DNA of 63,963 bases, filler included, from Myxococcota bacterium (GTDB taxonomy: Bacteria; Myxococcota; Myxococcia; Myxococcales; Myxococcaceae): assembly GCA_049322255.1 (NCBI GenBank). It is 8 parts of 8 records of this genome, joined end to end, with 100 filler letters (N's around TTAATTAATTAA, not from the genome) between each part and the next. Parts side by side here need not be neighbours in the genome. Positions count along the whole stretch, not along the records: positions 51,413 to 59,037 come from JBMORE010000150.1; positions 59,138 to 63,963 come from JBMORE010000193.1; 6 more parts are not named here. One strand, given 5' to 3'. The notes under the pieces were generated by a model. That model searched no databases, was not told where the DNA came from, and saw nothing but the letters and a program-made list of their open reading frames with translations. A program made the position numbers and the translations under genes. Below, piece by piece: positions 56,384-63,963 of this stretch; the first letter of the stretch is position 1, and each line of letters opens with the position of its first letter.

Positions 56384-58621
56384 ATGCCTTCGGGAATGGG
56401 GAAGATCCGGAGCACGTCCAAGCAGCGCGAACCCAAGGCCTCCGCCGAGGGGAAGAGGCTCGCCGCGAAAGGCAACCGCTCGCTGTCCAACCGCACGAGC
56501 AACGCGGCGGACGAGCTCGCCGCGAGTGCGGTCTACGTCAATCCTCCCGGAGCGGTGAGCGCGCCCACCCTGGTGACGCCGAGCGGCTCCAGCGGCCTGG
56601 CCCACAACCGGGGACTGTATGGAGAAGTCGTCCACACCACGGTGAAGGACAGCGTGCCCGTCAGCCGCTCCGCCAGCGCCGACGTCTCGCGCGCCGTGGT
56701 GTCGTTCTCTGCATCGCACGAGACTCCTGGGCGCAGAGCGAGCGCGGGCGTCTACACCATGAAGGGGCTGTTGGGCGTCAACGGGTCGTTGGGGTGGACC
56801 GCCGAGGACGGGAGGGCGCGCGCCGCCGGCGGTTGCCTGGATGTGACGCGCGACAGCTTGTTTTTCGGCGCCGACACCGGCTACCAGGACAAGCTGGGCC
56901 GCAGCCATGCCGCCGGCCTTTTCGGGTCTATCTCCGCTCGGCGCGACGTGTCCGACCTGGGGCCAGCAGAGGAGGGTGGCCGCCGCATCGAGCTGCGGCG
57001 GGCGGCGGGCGGGGGTGGAGGCCTGTTCACCGGCGTGGCGACGGCGGTGCTCGGGTTGGGCGGGCGCTTCACCTTGAACACCGGCCGCGAGGTCGTCTTC
57101 CGCACCTCGCTGCCCGAGGAAAAAGCGCGCGCGCTCCTCTTCGAGAAAAAGGGAGCGGGAAAGCTGGCCAAGGACAAGGCACGTGCCCTCGGCTGGGCGA
57201 AGGATTTTCCGGTGCCCGACCTCTCGAAGCCACAGTCGCTGAAGGTGGGTGACGAGGTCGAGCTCTCCACCCGTGGCAGCGTCACGCTCGGCGCCGCCAT
57301 CGGCAGCGGGGCGCTGGTGGCCACCGCTCAAGCCACCGCCCAAGGAGAGTTCTCCCTCACCGCGAAGAAGCGCTCGCCCACGCAGGTGGAGCTGACGGTG
57401 ACGCCCACCACGCTGCGCGGGGTGCACTTCTCCGGCGGGACTCCGGTGGGAGTCGAAGTCGGCCATGCGCGCATCGACGCGAGCGAGCTGACCCAGACCT
57501 TCACTTTCGACCTCGCGAAGCCCGAGGGGCTCGCCGCCTACCAACGGGCGCTGAAAGGCGAGCTGCCGGAAAAACCTTCTCCCGGCGTCGTTCGCCAGCT
57601 CAGTGAGAAAGTCGACGCCCGCCGGCGCAGCAGCGGGGGAGGCCTCAGCTGGGGTCCCATCGCCTCGCTCTCGGGCATCGCCGGGCTCTCTCTGGTGGAG
57701 TCGAAGGATGGCCAGCGCCGGGTGGTGACCGACGGGAAGGCCACGCTGCACGAGGAGTCGCGCGGGGTGGAGCGCCGCTACGAGGTGCTGCTCTCGGGCA
57801 CCGAGACCGCCGGCATTCATTCAGCGCTGCGGCAGGTGACCGACGCCACGGGTACCCGCTTCGCCCACCTCGCACTCCGGGCCCGCTTCCACGATGACAA
57901 GGTGCGCGGCAAGGAGCTCAACGACGAGGTGATTGACGAGCTCAACCGTGCCTTTGGCACCTCGGTGCATCACTTCCGCAAAGACGGCAAGCGCCAGGGG
58001 CGCGAGGTGCTCGCCGAGTTTTCCCTCACCGCCGAGGGGCTGGAGCTTCTGGCCCGCGCCCCTTTGGACCTGGTGAACGAAGTGGCCCAGCACAGCGGCG
58101 CTTCCCTCGGCGCCTTGCGCGCCCTGGTGGCGGAGCTGAAAAAGTCGTCCGACCCCGCGCAGCGTGCCGCGGTGGTGCAGACGTTCGTCGCCGAGAATTG
58201 GCTCCCGGGCCTGGGCGCGGTGCACCGGCTGGTGGGCGGTCCGCTCACCGTCTCGGCCCACAGCGACGCCTACGAGAAACCGCTCGAGCTGGCGAAGACC
58301 CTCTCCTTCAAGTACCCCCAGCCGATGTCCGCCACCGATGCGGGCGCGGCCACCGAGCGCTACACCGAGGTGGTCCAGGCGCTCGACAAGGTGGCGGTGG
58401 CCAAGGCGCTGCTCGCCGACGACCACCTGCTTTCCCGGCCGATGCACGAACAGCTCACGGGAGACTTCCGCTCAGCGGAAAAAACACTGGGCCGGCTCAT
58501 CACCGTTCGTCACCTCACCCCCGCCGAGCGCCGAGCGCTGCACGCCGCCCTCGATGCGGGCTGGACGAGCGGCTGGGAGGCCAAGCTGATGGACCACCTG
58601 GCCGCCACGGGCCTGGGATGA
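56384..58621 (+). CDS. Large hypothetical protein, beta-rich core and helical C-terminus, no signal peptide
   Basis: 745-aa ORF with host-like GC3 bias. Confidence 0.8.
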   Translation: MPSGMGKIRSTSKQREPKASAEGKRLAAKGNRSLSNRTSNAADELAASAVYVNPPGAVSAPTLVTPSGSSGLAHNRGLYGEVVHTTVKDSVPVSRSASADVSRAVVSFSASHETPGRRASAGVYTMKGLLGVNGSLGWTAEDGRARAAGGCLDVTRDSLFFGADTGYQDKLGRSHAAGLFGSISARRDVSDLGPAEEGGRRIELRRAAGGGGGLFTGVATAVLGLGGRFTLNTGREVVFRTSLPEEKARALLFEKKGAGKLAKDKARALGWAKDFPVPDLSKPQSLKVGDEVELSTRGSVTLGAAIGSGALVATAQATAQGEFSLTAKKRSPTQVELTVTPTTLRGVHFSGGTPVGVEVGHARIDASELTQTFTFDLAKPEGLAAYQRALKGELPEKPSPGVVRQLSEKVDARRRSSGGGLSWGPIASLSGIAGLSLVESKDGQRRVVTDGKATLHEESRGVERRYEVLLSGTETAGIHSALRQVTDATGTRFAHLALRARFHDDKVRGKELNDEVIDELNRAFGTSVHHFRKDGKRQGREVLAEFSLTAEGLELLARAPLDLVNEVAQHSGASLGALRALVAELKKSSDPAQRAAVVQTFVAENWLPGLGAVHRLVGGPLTVSAHSDAYEKPLELAKTLSFKYPQPMSATDAGAATERYTEVVQALDKVAVAKALLADDHLLSRPMHEQLTGDFRSAEKTLGRLITVRHLTPAERRALHAALDAGWTSGWEAKLMDHLAATGLG

Positions 58622-58914
58622 CGGCCCTGCCGCACCAGAGCCTCGAAGAAGTCTTCGCGCGCTTCGCCGAAGCGGTGCGGCGGGGCGATGTGGAGGCCTT
58701 TCGCGCTCTGTGTGCCCCCGACGTCCCTCCGCAAGAGGCGCTCTTCTTGCGCAACGCGAGGAAGAAGCTGTCGCTCGTTTTCCGCTCGGCCCGCATCGAC
58801 GCTGAGGTGGCCACCGTCTCTTTCGAAGTGCTCGGGCCGGGCGGCGAGCACCTCGACGTGGGCGAAGCGGTGTTCACCCAAGAAGCGGGCGGGTGGAAGC
58901 TGCGCGGGCTCTAG
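58618..58914 (+). CDS. Small NTF2/SnoaL-like hypothetical protein
   Basis: ATGA overlap; VFARFAEAVRRGDVEAFRALC...FTQEAGGWKL. Confidence 0.7.
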   Translation: MTALPHQSLEEVFARFAEAVRRGDVEAFRALCAPDVPPQEALFLRNARKKLSLVFRSARIDAEVATVSFEVLGPGGEHLDVGEAVFTQEAGGWKLRGL

Positions 58915-59037
58915 AGAGCTGATCCCGTTAGGCGCCAAGGGGATCGACGTCGGCGTGGAAAAATGATCTGTCATGGGCGGAGGTAACGCCCATGTCTCTC
59001 CGCTGGTCGCCGCGAATCAAGCCTCGAAATCCGAGGA
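58911..59037 (+). mobile_element. Left end of an IS: CTAG, terminal inverted repeat and putative transposase start
   Basis: CTAGAGAGCTGATCCCGTTAGG matches the reverse complement of 8931-8952; GGAGG then ATG at 58992 (MSLRWSPRIKPRNP), running into the contig break. Confidence 0.78.
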
Positions 59038-59137
59038 NNNNNNNNNNNNNNNNNNNNNNNNNNNNNNNNNNNNNNNNNNNNTTAATTAATTAANNNNNNN
59101 NNNNNNNNNNNNNNNNNNNNNNNNNNNNNNNNNNNNN
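59038..59137. other. Artificial contig linker
   Basis: N/TTAATTAATTAA spacer. Confidence 0.99.
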
Positions 59138-59248
59138 GCGAGCCACCCGCGCCGCGTCGGTCAACAGGAGGAGGGTCGGTCATCGGGAGGAGGGGGTCCT
59201 CCTTTCGACCGAGGTTGGCTGACTGGGCGAGGAGCGAGAGCCCCGGGC

Positions 59249-59301
59249 TTGCTCCCACCCGGACCGCCGCCTTATGTTTTAGGTAAGGAGTTAATGTAAG
59301 G
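59249..59301 (+). promoter_or_regulatory. Putative promoter/operator of the AbrB-PIN module
   Basis: TTGCTC-18-TATGTT; inverted repeat CCTTA (59270)/TAAGG (59284) and a second GTAAGG. Confidence 0.55.
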
Positions 59302-59310
59302 AGAGATGAA

Positions 59311-59541
59311 ATGACGGCCACGGTGACGTCGAAGGGTCAAGTCACGCTCCCGGCGGAGGCTCGGCGGAGGCTCGGGATTCGAGCAGGCAGCAAGCTCGAG
59401 TTCATCGTGCGCGGCAACGACCGGCTGGAGATTGTCTGTGTCGGAGGTTCGGTGCGTGAGCTCAAGGGAGCGCTTCGGAAGCCGAAGCGAAAGTTGTCTC
59501 TCGCTGAAATGGACGAGGTGATCGCGAAGGCGCAGAGATGA
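59311..59541 (+). CDS. AbrB/MazE-type antitoxin
   Basis: ATVTSKGQVTLP...RRRLGI..G..LEF. Confidence 0.92.
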   Translation: MTATVTSKGQVTLPAEARRRLGIRAGSKLEFIVRGNDRLEIVCVGGSVRELKGALRKPKRKLSLAEMDEVIAKAQR

Positions 59542-59939
59542 TCGGCCTGGATACCAACGTTCTGGTCCGGTACGTCGTGCGTGACGACGGGCGCCAGGCC
59601 GCCGCTGCCACGCGGCTCATCGAGTCCAGGTGCACCGCGGACGAGCCGGGCGTGGTGACGCTGCTCGTGATGTGCGAGCTGGTGTGGGTGCTGGCGCGCG
59701 GCTACGGGTACGAGCGCGCGGAAATCAGCGGGCTGATACGGCGCATTCTTTCCGCGGAGGACCTGCACGTCGAGCGCTCTGAGTTGGCCTGGCGCGCGTT
59801 GAATCTCTACGAAGAGGGCAAGGCGGACTTCGCCGATTACGTCATCGGCTTTTGCAACCAGGAGGAGAAAGCGGTCGCGACCTACACGTTCGATCGCCGG
59901 ACGAGAGGGTGCGAGTTGTTCCGGCTGCTGAGCACCTAA
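59538..59939 (+). CDS. vapC: VapC PIN-domain toxin
   Basis: MIGLDTNVLVRY, ELVWVL, DFADY, TFD; ATGA overlap. Confidence 0.92.
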   Translation: MIGLDTNVLVRYVVRDDGRQAAAATRLIESRCTADEPGVVTLLVMCELVWVLARGYGYERAEISGLIRRILSAEDLHVERSELAWRALNLYEEGKADFADYVIGFCNQEEKAVATYTFDRRTRGCELFRLLST

Positions 59940-59948
59940 GACAGTGCC

Positions 59949-61265
59949 TCACTGCGCCTGTTCGAGGTGGGCGACCAAGTGCGCCAGCTCCTCGTAGACC
60001 AAGCGAAAATTTCCCCGGGCGCCGAGCAGCCGCAGGTTCTGCGACAACCCTCCGGTGGAACGGAAGAACATCACCGCCTCGGCGGGCGGCCGTATTTTGA
60101 GGAACTGGGTGGCGTGCTTGCGAAAGAGGCGCTTGGCCTCCCACACCGTGTCGTCGGTGGCGTAGTCGTAGTCTTCGCTGCGCAAAGGCTTACCGGCGAT
60201 GTGAAAGAACTGCCCCAGCAGCGCGCGCGCCTCTTCGTCGGGCAAGTCGATGGAGACCCCGATGGCCCGCGACAGCTCGAGGTAATCGAGCGATTCCTGG
60301 CGAAGGGCCTGGGTGAACATGCGGCGGTTCACCTGCACGAAGGTGGGAGAGAAGCGCTTCACCGAGCCGAAGTCGAGCAGCCCCAGCCGCCCGTCGGGCA
60401 TGACGATGAAGTTGCCAGGGTGCGGATCGGCGTGGATTTCTCCCGCGAGGAGGAAGGGCCCGTAGATGGAGCGGATGAGCAGCCGCGACACGCGAAAGCG
60501 CTCGGGCAGCGAAGGCCCGGCGGCGGCGAAGTCGCGCAAGGTGTGCCCGTCAATCAGCTCCAGGGTGAGCACTCGCTGGGAGGTGCGCTCCTCGATGACC
60601 GCGGGGACCTTCAAGTCGGAGAGCGGCGCGGCGGCGTGCGCGAAGGCCTGGGCCAGCGCTGCCTCTCGGCGATAGTCGATTTCCAACACCATCTCGTTGC
60701 GCAGCTCGTTGAAGTACGCGCGCCCGTCGAGCACCCGGGTGGTCTTGGAGAGGGTGCCGACGAGCAGGCCCAGGTTGTCGAGGTCGGAGGTGAGCGCCTC
60801 GCCGATGCCCGGGTACTGCACCTTCACCGCCACTTTCCGGCCGTCTTCCATCGTCGCCCGGTGCACCTGCCCCAAGCTGGCGGCGGCCATCGGCGACTCG
60901 TCGAAGGTGGCAAAGAGTCTCTCCGGCGGCGCGCCCAGCTCGGCCTCCACCACCTCGCGTACCCGCGCGTAAGGCATCGACGGGGCCTGGTTCTGCAAGC
61001 GCGCCAGCACCGCCCGCACCTCGGGGGTGAGCAACTGCGAGTCCATGCTCGCCAGCTGGCCGAGTTTCATCGCGGCGCCTTTCAAGTCTCCCAAGGTGGC
61101 GACCAGCTTCTCCGCGGTGGACTTGGAGAGCATCTCTGGGTCGCCGCCCGCCAGCCGCCGGACCCCCTTGGCGAGCACGTCGGTGCCCACCCGAGCGGAG
61201 AGGGCGGCCAGCTTGCGAAAGCGCAAGAAGCGGCCCTTGGGTGGTAGCTTGTCGTCTTCGGCCAT
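59949..61265 (-). CDS. ABC1/UbiB/AarF-family atypical kinase
   Basis: LKGAAMKLGQ, AAASLGQVH, AVKVQYP, HADPHPGN, LDFG. Confidence 0.95.
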   Translation of the reverse strand: MAEDDKLPPKGRFLRFRKLAALSARVGTDVLAKGVRRLAGGDPEMLSKSTAEKLVATLGDLKGAAMKLGQLASMDSQLLTPEVRAVLARLQNQAPSMPYARVREVVEAELGAPPERLFATFDESPMAAASLGQVHRATMEDGRKVAVKVQYPGIGEALTSDLDNLGLLVGTLSKTTRVLDGRAYFNELRNEMVLEIDYRREAALAQAFAHAAAPLSDLKVPAVIEERTSQRVLTLELIDGHTLRDFAAAGPSLPERFRVSRLLIRSIYGPFLLAGEIHADPHPGNFIVMPDGRLGLLDFGSVKRFSPTFVQVNRRMFTQALRQESLDYLELSRAIGVSIDLPDEEARALLGQFFHIAGKPLRSEDYDYATDDTVWEAKRLFRKHATQFLKIRPPAEAVMFFRSTGGLSQNLRLLGARGNFRLVYEELAHLVAHLEQAQ

Positions 61266-61323
61266 GCGCGCGCGGAACCTAGATGAGCGGGGCGAAGAAG
61301 TCGCACTTGTCTTCAATTTCTCG

Positions 61324-62097
61324 ATGGCTTGGCTCTTCGCCGCCGTCTGCGTGCTCGGAGTCTCGCTGCCAGCGTTGGCGCAGAAGCCCGTCGCGCCCGT
61401 TTCCGAGCCGCCGCCCCCGCCTTTGGTGGAGGCTCCGCCCGCGCCGCCCGAGAAGGGAGTGCAGCGGGGGTGGTCGTTCACAGGTGCCGCGGGGGTAGGG
61501 TTTCAGCTCTTGCCCGGCGACCAGGAATCCAGCGTGGGCTTGGCGCTGGAGGGAATCGGCGCCTACCGCTTCAACGAGTGGGTGAGCCTGCGCCTGCGCT
61601 TGGGCTGGGGGCTGACGCATTGGGAAAGGGCGCTGCACACCATCGCGGCCGGCAACGCGGTGGGCCAATGGACGGCAGGAGCGTACGTGAGCGTCACCGA
61701 GTGGCTGACCACCGGCGATCCCGCCTGGTTTCTCTTCAAGCTGATGGCTTCGATGTTCGCTTACACGGGGCTGATGCTCGGCTTCGTCGTCGCCGGCGTG
61801 CTCTACCTCATCACCCCGCTCGTCCCCACCAGCTTCGTGGAGATGGGGCTGGCCCCCGCCGCGCACTGGGTCATCGGAGAGCTCGACCTCTACCTGGAGG
61901 GCGGGGTGGGCACGATGTTCTACGTTGACCGGGTGCGAAACGAGATCAGCCCTGGCTGGGGGCCGCTGGTCGGAGCGGGGCTGAACCTGGGCCGCTTCGG
62001 AGCCGGGCTGCATGTGCTGTGGTCTCCGCCGACGCTCAACCAGACGCGCACCGGGCACGTCTACGCCGGCGGCGCCACGGTGAAGCTGGGGTTCTGA
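61324..62097 (+). CDS. Exported small beta-barrel-like protein with a hydrophobic helical insert
   Basis: Signal peptide, Pro linker, about 8 Gly-rich amphipathic strands, terminal GF. Confidence 0.65.
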   Translation: MAWLFAAVCVLGVSLPALAQKPVAPVSEPPPPPLVEAPPAPPEKGVQRGWSFTGAAGVGFQLLPGDQESSVGLALEGIGAYRFNEWVSLRLRLGWGLTHWERALHTIAAGNAVGQWTAGAYVSVTEWLTTGDPAWFLFKLMASMFAYTGLMLGFVVAGVLYLITPLVPTSFVEMGLAPAAHWVIGELDLYLEGGVGTMFYVDRVRNEISPGWGPLVGAGLNLGRFGAGLHVLWSPPTLNQTRTGHVYAGGATVKLGF

Positions 62098-62154
62098 ACT
62101 GGTCGGCGTGGAATGGTCGTACGGCGTCGCTGGCCCCTGACGCTGGAATGCCAG

Positions 62155-62344
62155 TTACCTTTTCGCGCGTGGGCGGGGCCGGCCGAACAGAAACCGGTAA
62201 ATCATCGAAGGAATGCAGACATCGGTGGTGCTCACGAGCACGGCGACGGCGGTGAGGGCGGTACCCAGCGCATCACCGAGCACGAGGTGCCCGGCCCAGA
62301 ACGCCCAAGCGGTGAAGCGTGCGTGAGGTCAAGTTGCTTTCCAT
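62155..62344 (-). pseudogene. Internally deleted membrane-protein gene (DUF4395-like)
   Basis: GGAAAGG RBS, MESNLTSRTLHRL, then in another frame TAWAFWAGHLVLG..LTAVAVLVSTTDVCIPSMIYRFLFG..*. Confidence 0.5.
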
Positions 62345-62486
62345 GATGTTCCTTTCCCGGTGTCGATGCGCCAACTTCAGACCTGCCAATCGGAGACGAC
62401 TTGCTCCGCGCCGCGACCCCCGGAACCTTTCTTGGCGTGCCTGGGAAGAGGCCGCGCGGTATTCTGCCCGCTCTCACGGACGAGCC

Positions 62487-63668
62487 ATGTCAGACCAAAT
62501 CATTCTCGGAACGCGAAAGGGCGCCTTGATTCTCGACCGGAAGGGTGGGCGCTGGGCTCCAAGGCCCATCGCACATCCCGGTATGTCCATCAGCTACGCG
62601 GCGCGGGACCCAAGAGACGGAACGCTCTGGGTGGCGATGGACCACGCGCATTGGGGCCCCAAGCTTTCCCGTTCGAAGGACGACGGCGCCACCTGGGAGA
62701 ACTTGACGCAGCTTGCGTACCCCAAGGGCGCTCGCTTCATCGAGCAGCACCTGCCCAGCCCTGACGAGCTTCCATCCGCCGATCGGCCCAACACGTACAA
62801 GGACGCCACGTTGCTCAAGGTGTGGGTGCTGGCCTTTGGGGGAAAGGATCAACCGGGAACGATTCACGCGGGCACCCTTCCGGGCGGCTTGTTCACCAGC
62901 CGCGACGGAGGCGACACCTGGGAGCTGAACCGGCCCTTGTGGAACCACGAAAGCAGGGGCGGAGACCTCTTCGTGGGCGAGGCGACCAGCCGCAACCAAT
63001 GGTGGGGCACGCCGGCGGCCATCGCCTACGGAGAATTCGTACCGGGCATTCACTCCATCGTGGTTGACCCGCGCGACCCCAACCACCTCCTCGTGGCCGT
63101 GTCGTGCGCGGGGGTGTTGGAGACGAGGGATGGGGGAAAGACCTGGGCGGGCAGAAACCGCGGCATGCTCAACGATTACCTGCCCAACCCCGAAGCCGAG
63201 TGGGGCCACGACCCGCACTTCGTCACCCAATGCCCGGGCGACCCCGACCGCCTCTGGCAGCAGAACCACAGCGGGGTCTTCACCAGCGACGACGGAGCGC
63301 GGACGTGGAAACGGGTGAGTCGCACGGAGATGGCCGTCCATTTCGGCTTTGCCATCGCTGCCGACGACCGTCAGGGGCAAACCGCATGGGTGGTCCCCGC
63401 CAAGGGCGACAACGAACGCATGAGCGTGGACGGTGGGTTGTTCGTGGCCCGCACCTCCGACGGGGGAAACAGCTGGAAGACGTTTCGCGAAGGGCTTCCC
63501 CAAGCGCACGCCTATGACGTCGTCTATCGCCACGCGCTCGATGCGCGCGAAGGCCGAGTGTGCTTTGGCAGCACCACCGGAAACGTCTACGTGTCGGAGG
63601 ACAAGGGCGAAACGTGGCGCTGCGTGGGAAACAACTTTCCCCCGATTCATTCGGTTCGTTTCGCCTAA
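62487..63668 (+). CDS. BNR/Asp-box beta-propeller (sialidase-like), no signal peptide
   Basis: Six S/TxDxGxT/SW Asp-boxes; LGTRKG, HWGPKL, GIHSI, GHDPH, WQQNH. Confidence 0.9.
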   Translation: MSDQIILGTRKGALILDRKGGRWAPRPIAHPGMSISYAARDPRDGTLWVAMDHAHWGPKLSRSKDDGATWENLTQLAYPKGARFIEQHLPSPDELPSADRPNTYKDATLLKVWVLAFGGKDQPGTIHAGTLPGGLFTSRDGGDTWELNRPLWNHESRGGDLFVGEATSRNQWWGTPAAIAYGEFVPGIHSIVVDPRDPNHLLVAVSCAGVLETRDGGKTWAGRNRGMLNDYLPNPEAEWGHDPHFVTQCPGDPDRLWQQNHSGVFTSDDGARTWKRVSRTEMAVHFGFAIAADDRQGQTAWVVPAKGDNERMSVDGGLFVARTSDGGNSWKTFREGLPQAHAYDVVYRHALDAREGRVCFGSTTGNVYVSEDKGETWRCVGNNFPPIHSVRFA

Positions 63669-63690
63669 CGCCTCCGCCGGAGATGCGAGC

Positions 63691-63963
63691 TTGCCCCACG
63701 TCACCTTCACCAGGCACCTACAGCGCTTCTTTCCAACGCTCGCTGAATGCCAGGTGGAGGGTGGGACGCTGCGAGAAGTCCTCGACGCGCTGGAAACCCG
63801 CTACCCCGGGCTGGCCTCGTACATCGTGGATGAAACGGGCGGTTTGCGCCGGCACGTGAATGTCTTCATCGGCGAGGAGCCAATTCACGACCGTGCTCAT
63901 CTGAGTGACAGGGTCTCGCCCACCGACCGAATCTTCTTCTTGCAGGCGCTTTCTGGAGGCTAA
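63691..63963 (+). CDS. MoaD/ThiS ubiquitin-like protein
   Basis: TTG after GGAG; TLREVLDALE..YPGL, LRRHVNVF, C-terminal ALSGG. Confidence 0.9.
   Translation: MPHVTFTRHLQRFFPTLAECQVEGGTLREVLDALETRYPGLASYIVDETGGLRRHVNVFIGEEPIHDRAHLSDRVSPTDRIFFLQALSGG

Noticed and set aside
8728..59137. Seven identical TTAATTAATTAA motifs in N-runs, and ORFs ending in X..LIN
   Set aside because: Artificial six-frame-stop linkers. The complete contigs are in descending length order, so cross-linker gene adjacency is meaningless.
59184..59206. Hairpin sequestering a minus-strand AGGAGG upstream of an ATG at 59183
   Set aside because: The downstream gene is cut off after about 15 codons, so its significance cannot be assessed.
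1..63963. rRNA, tRNA or riboswitch genes
   Set aside because: None recognised by eye in the few intergenic regions; a covariance-model scan would be needed to exclude them.

Overview
This window is not one locus. It is eight unordered contigs of about 5-9 kb joined by 100-nt N/TTAATTAATTAA linkers, so neighbourhood only means something within a contig. GC-rich codon usage and gene content (ElbD-type ether-lipid enzyme, Ser/Thr kinase, FHA-GGDEF, Cys-rich lipoproteins) point to a myxobacterium (Myxococcota). Core content: a CHASE2 cyclase-Crp-phosphodiesterase block upstream of accD-folC, elbD/elbE, ndh, aat, a lytic transglycosylase, ppk1/ppx, an ABC1 kinase, an ECF sigma factor and an OmpA protein. 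The most interesting accessory features are: (1) an operon of a beta-barrel containing CxxCH plus two long-stalk lipoproteins each tipped with a cytochrome c domain; (2) a tandem array of three Ig/Cys-rich/RCC1 lipoprotein genes with a shared palindromic leader, separated by two different nucleotidyltransferase-type toxin-antitoxin-like pairs; (3) an 18-heme lipoprotein built from six tri-heme repeats and coupled to a 14-blade propeller; (4) both ends of one CTAG-flanked IS on different contigs; and (5) several deletion scars. All assignments come from reading motifs by eye; no searches were run.
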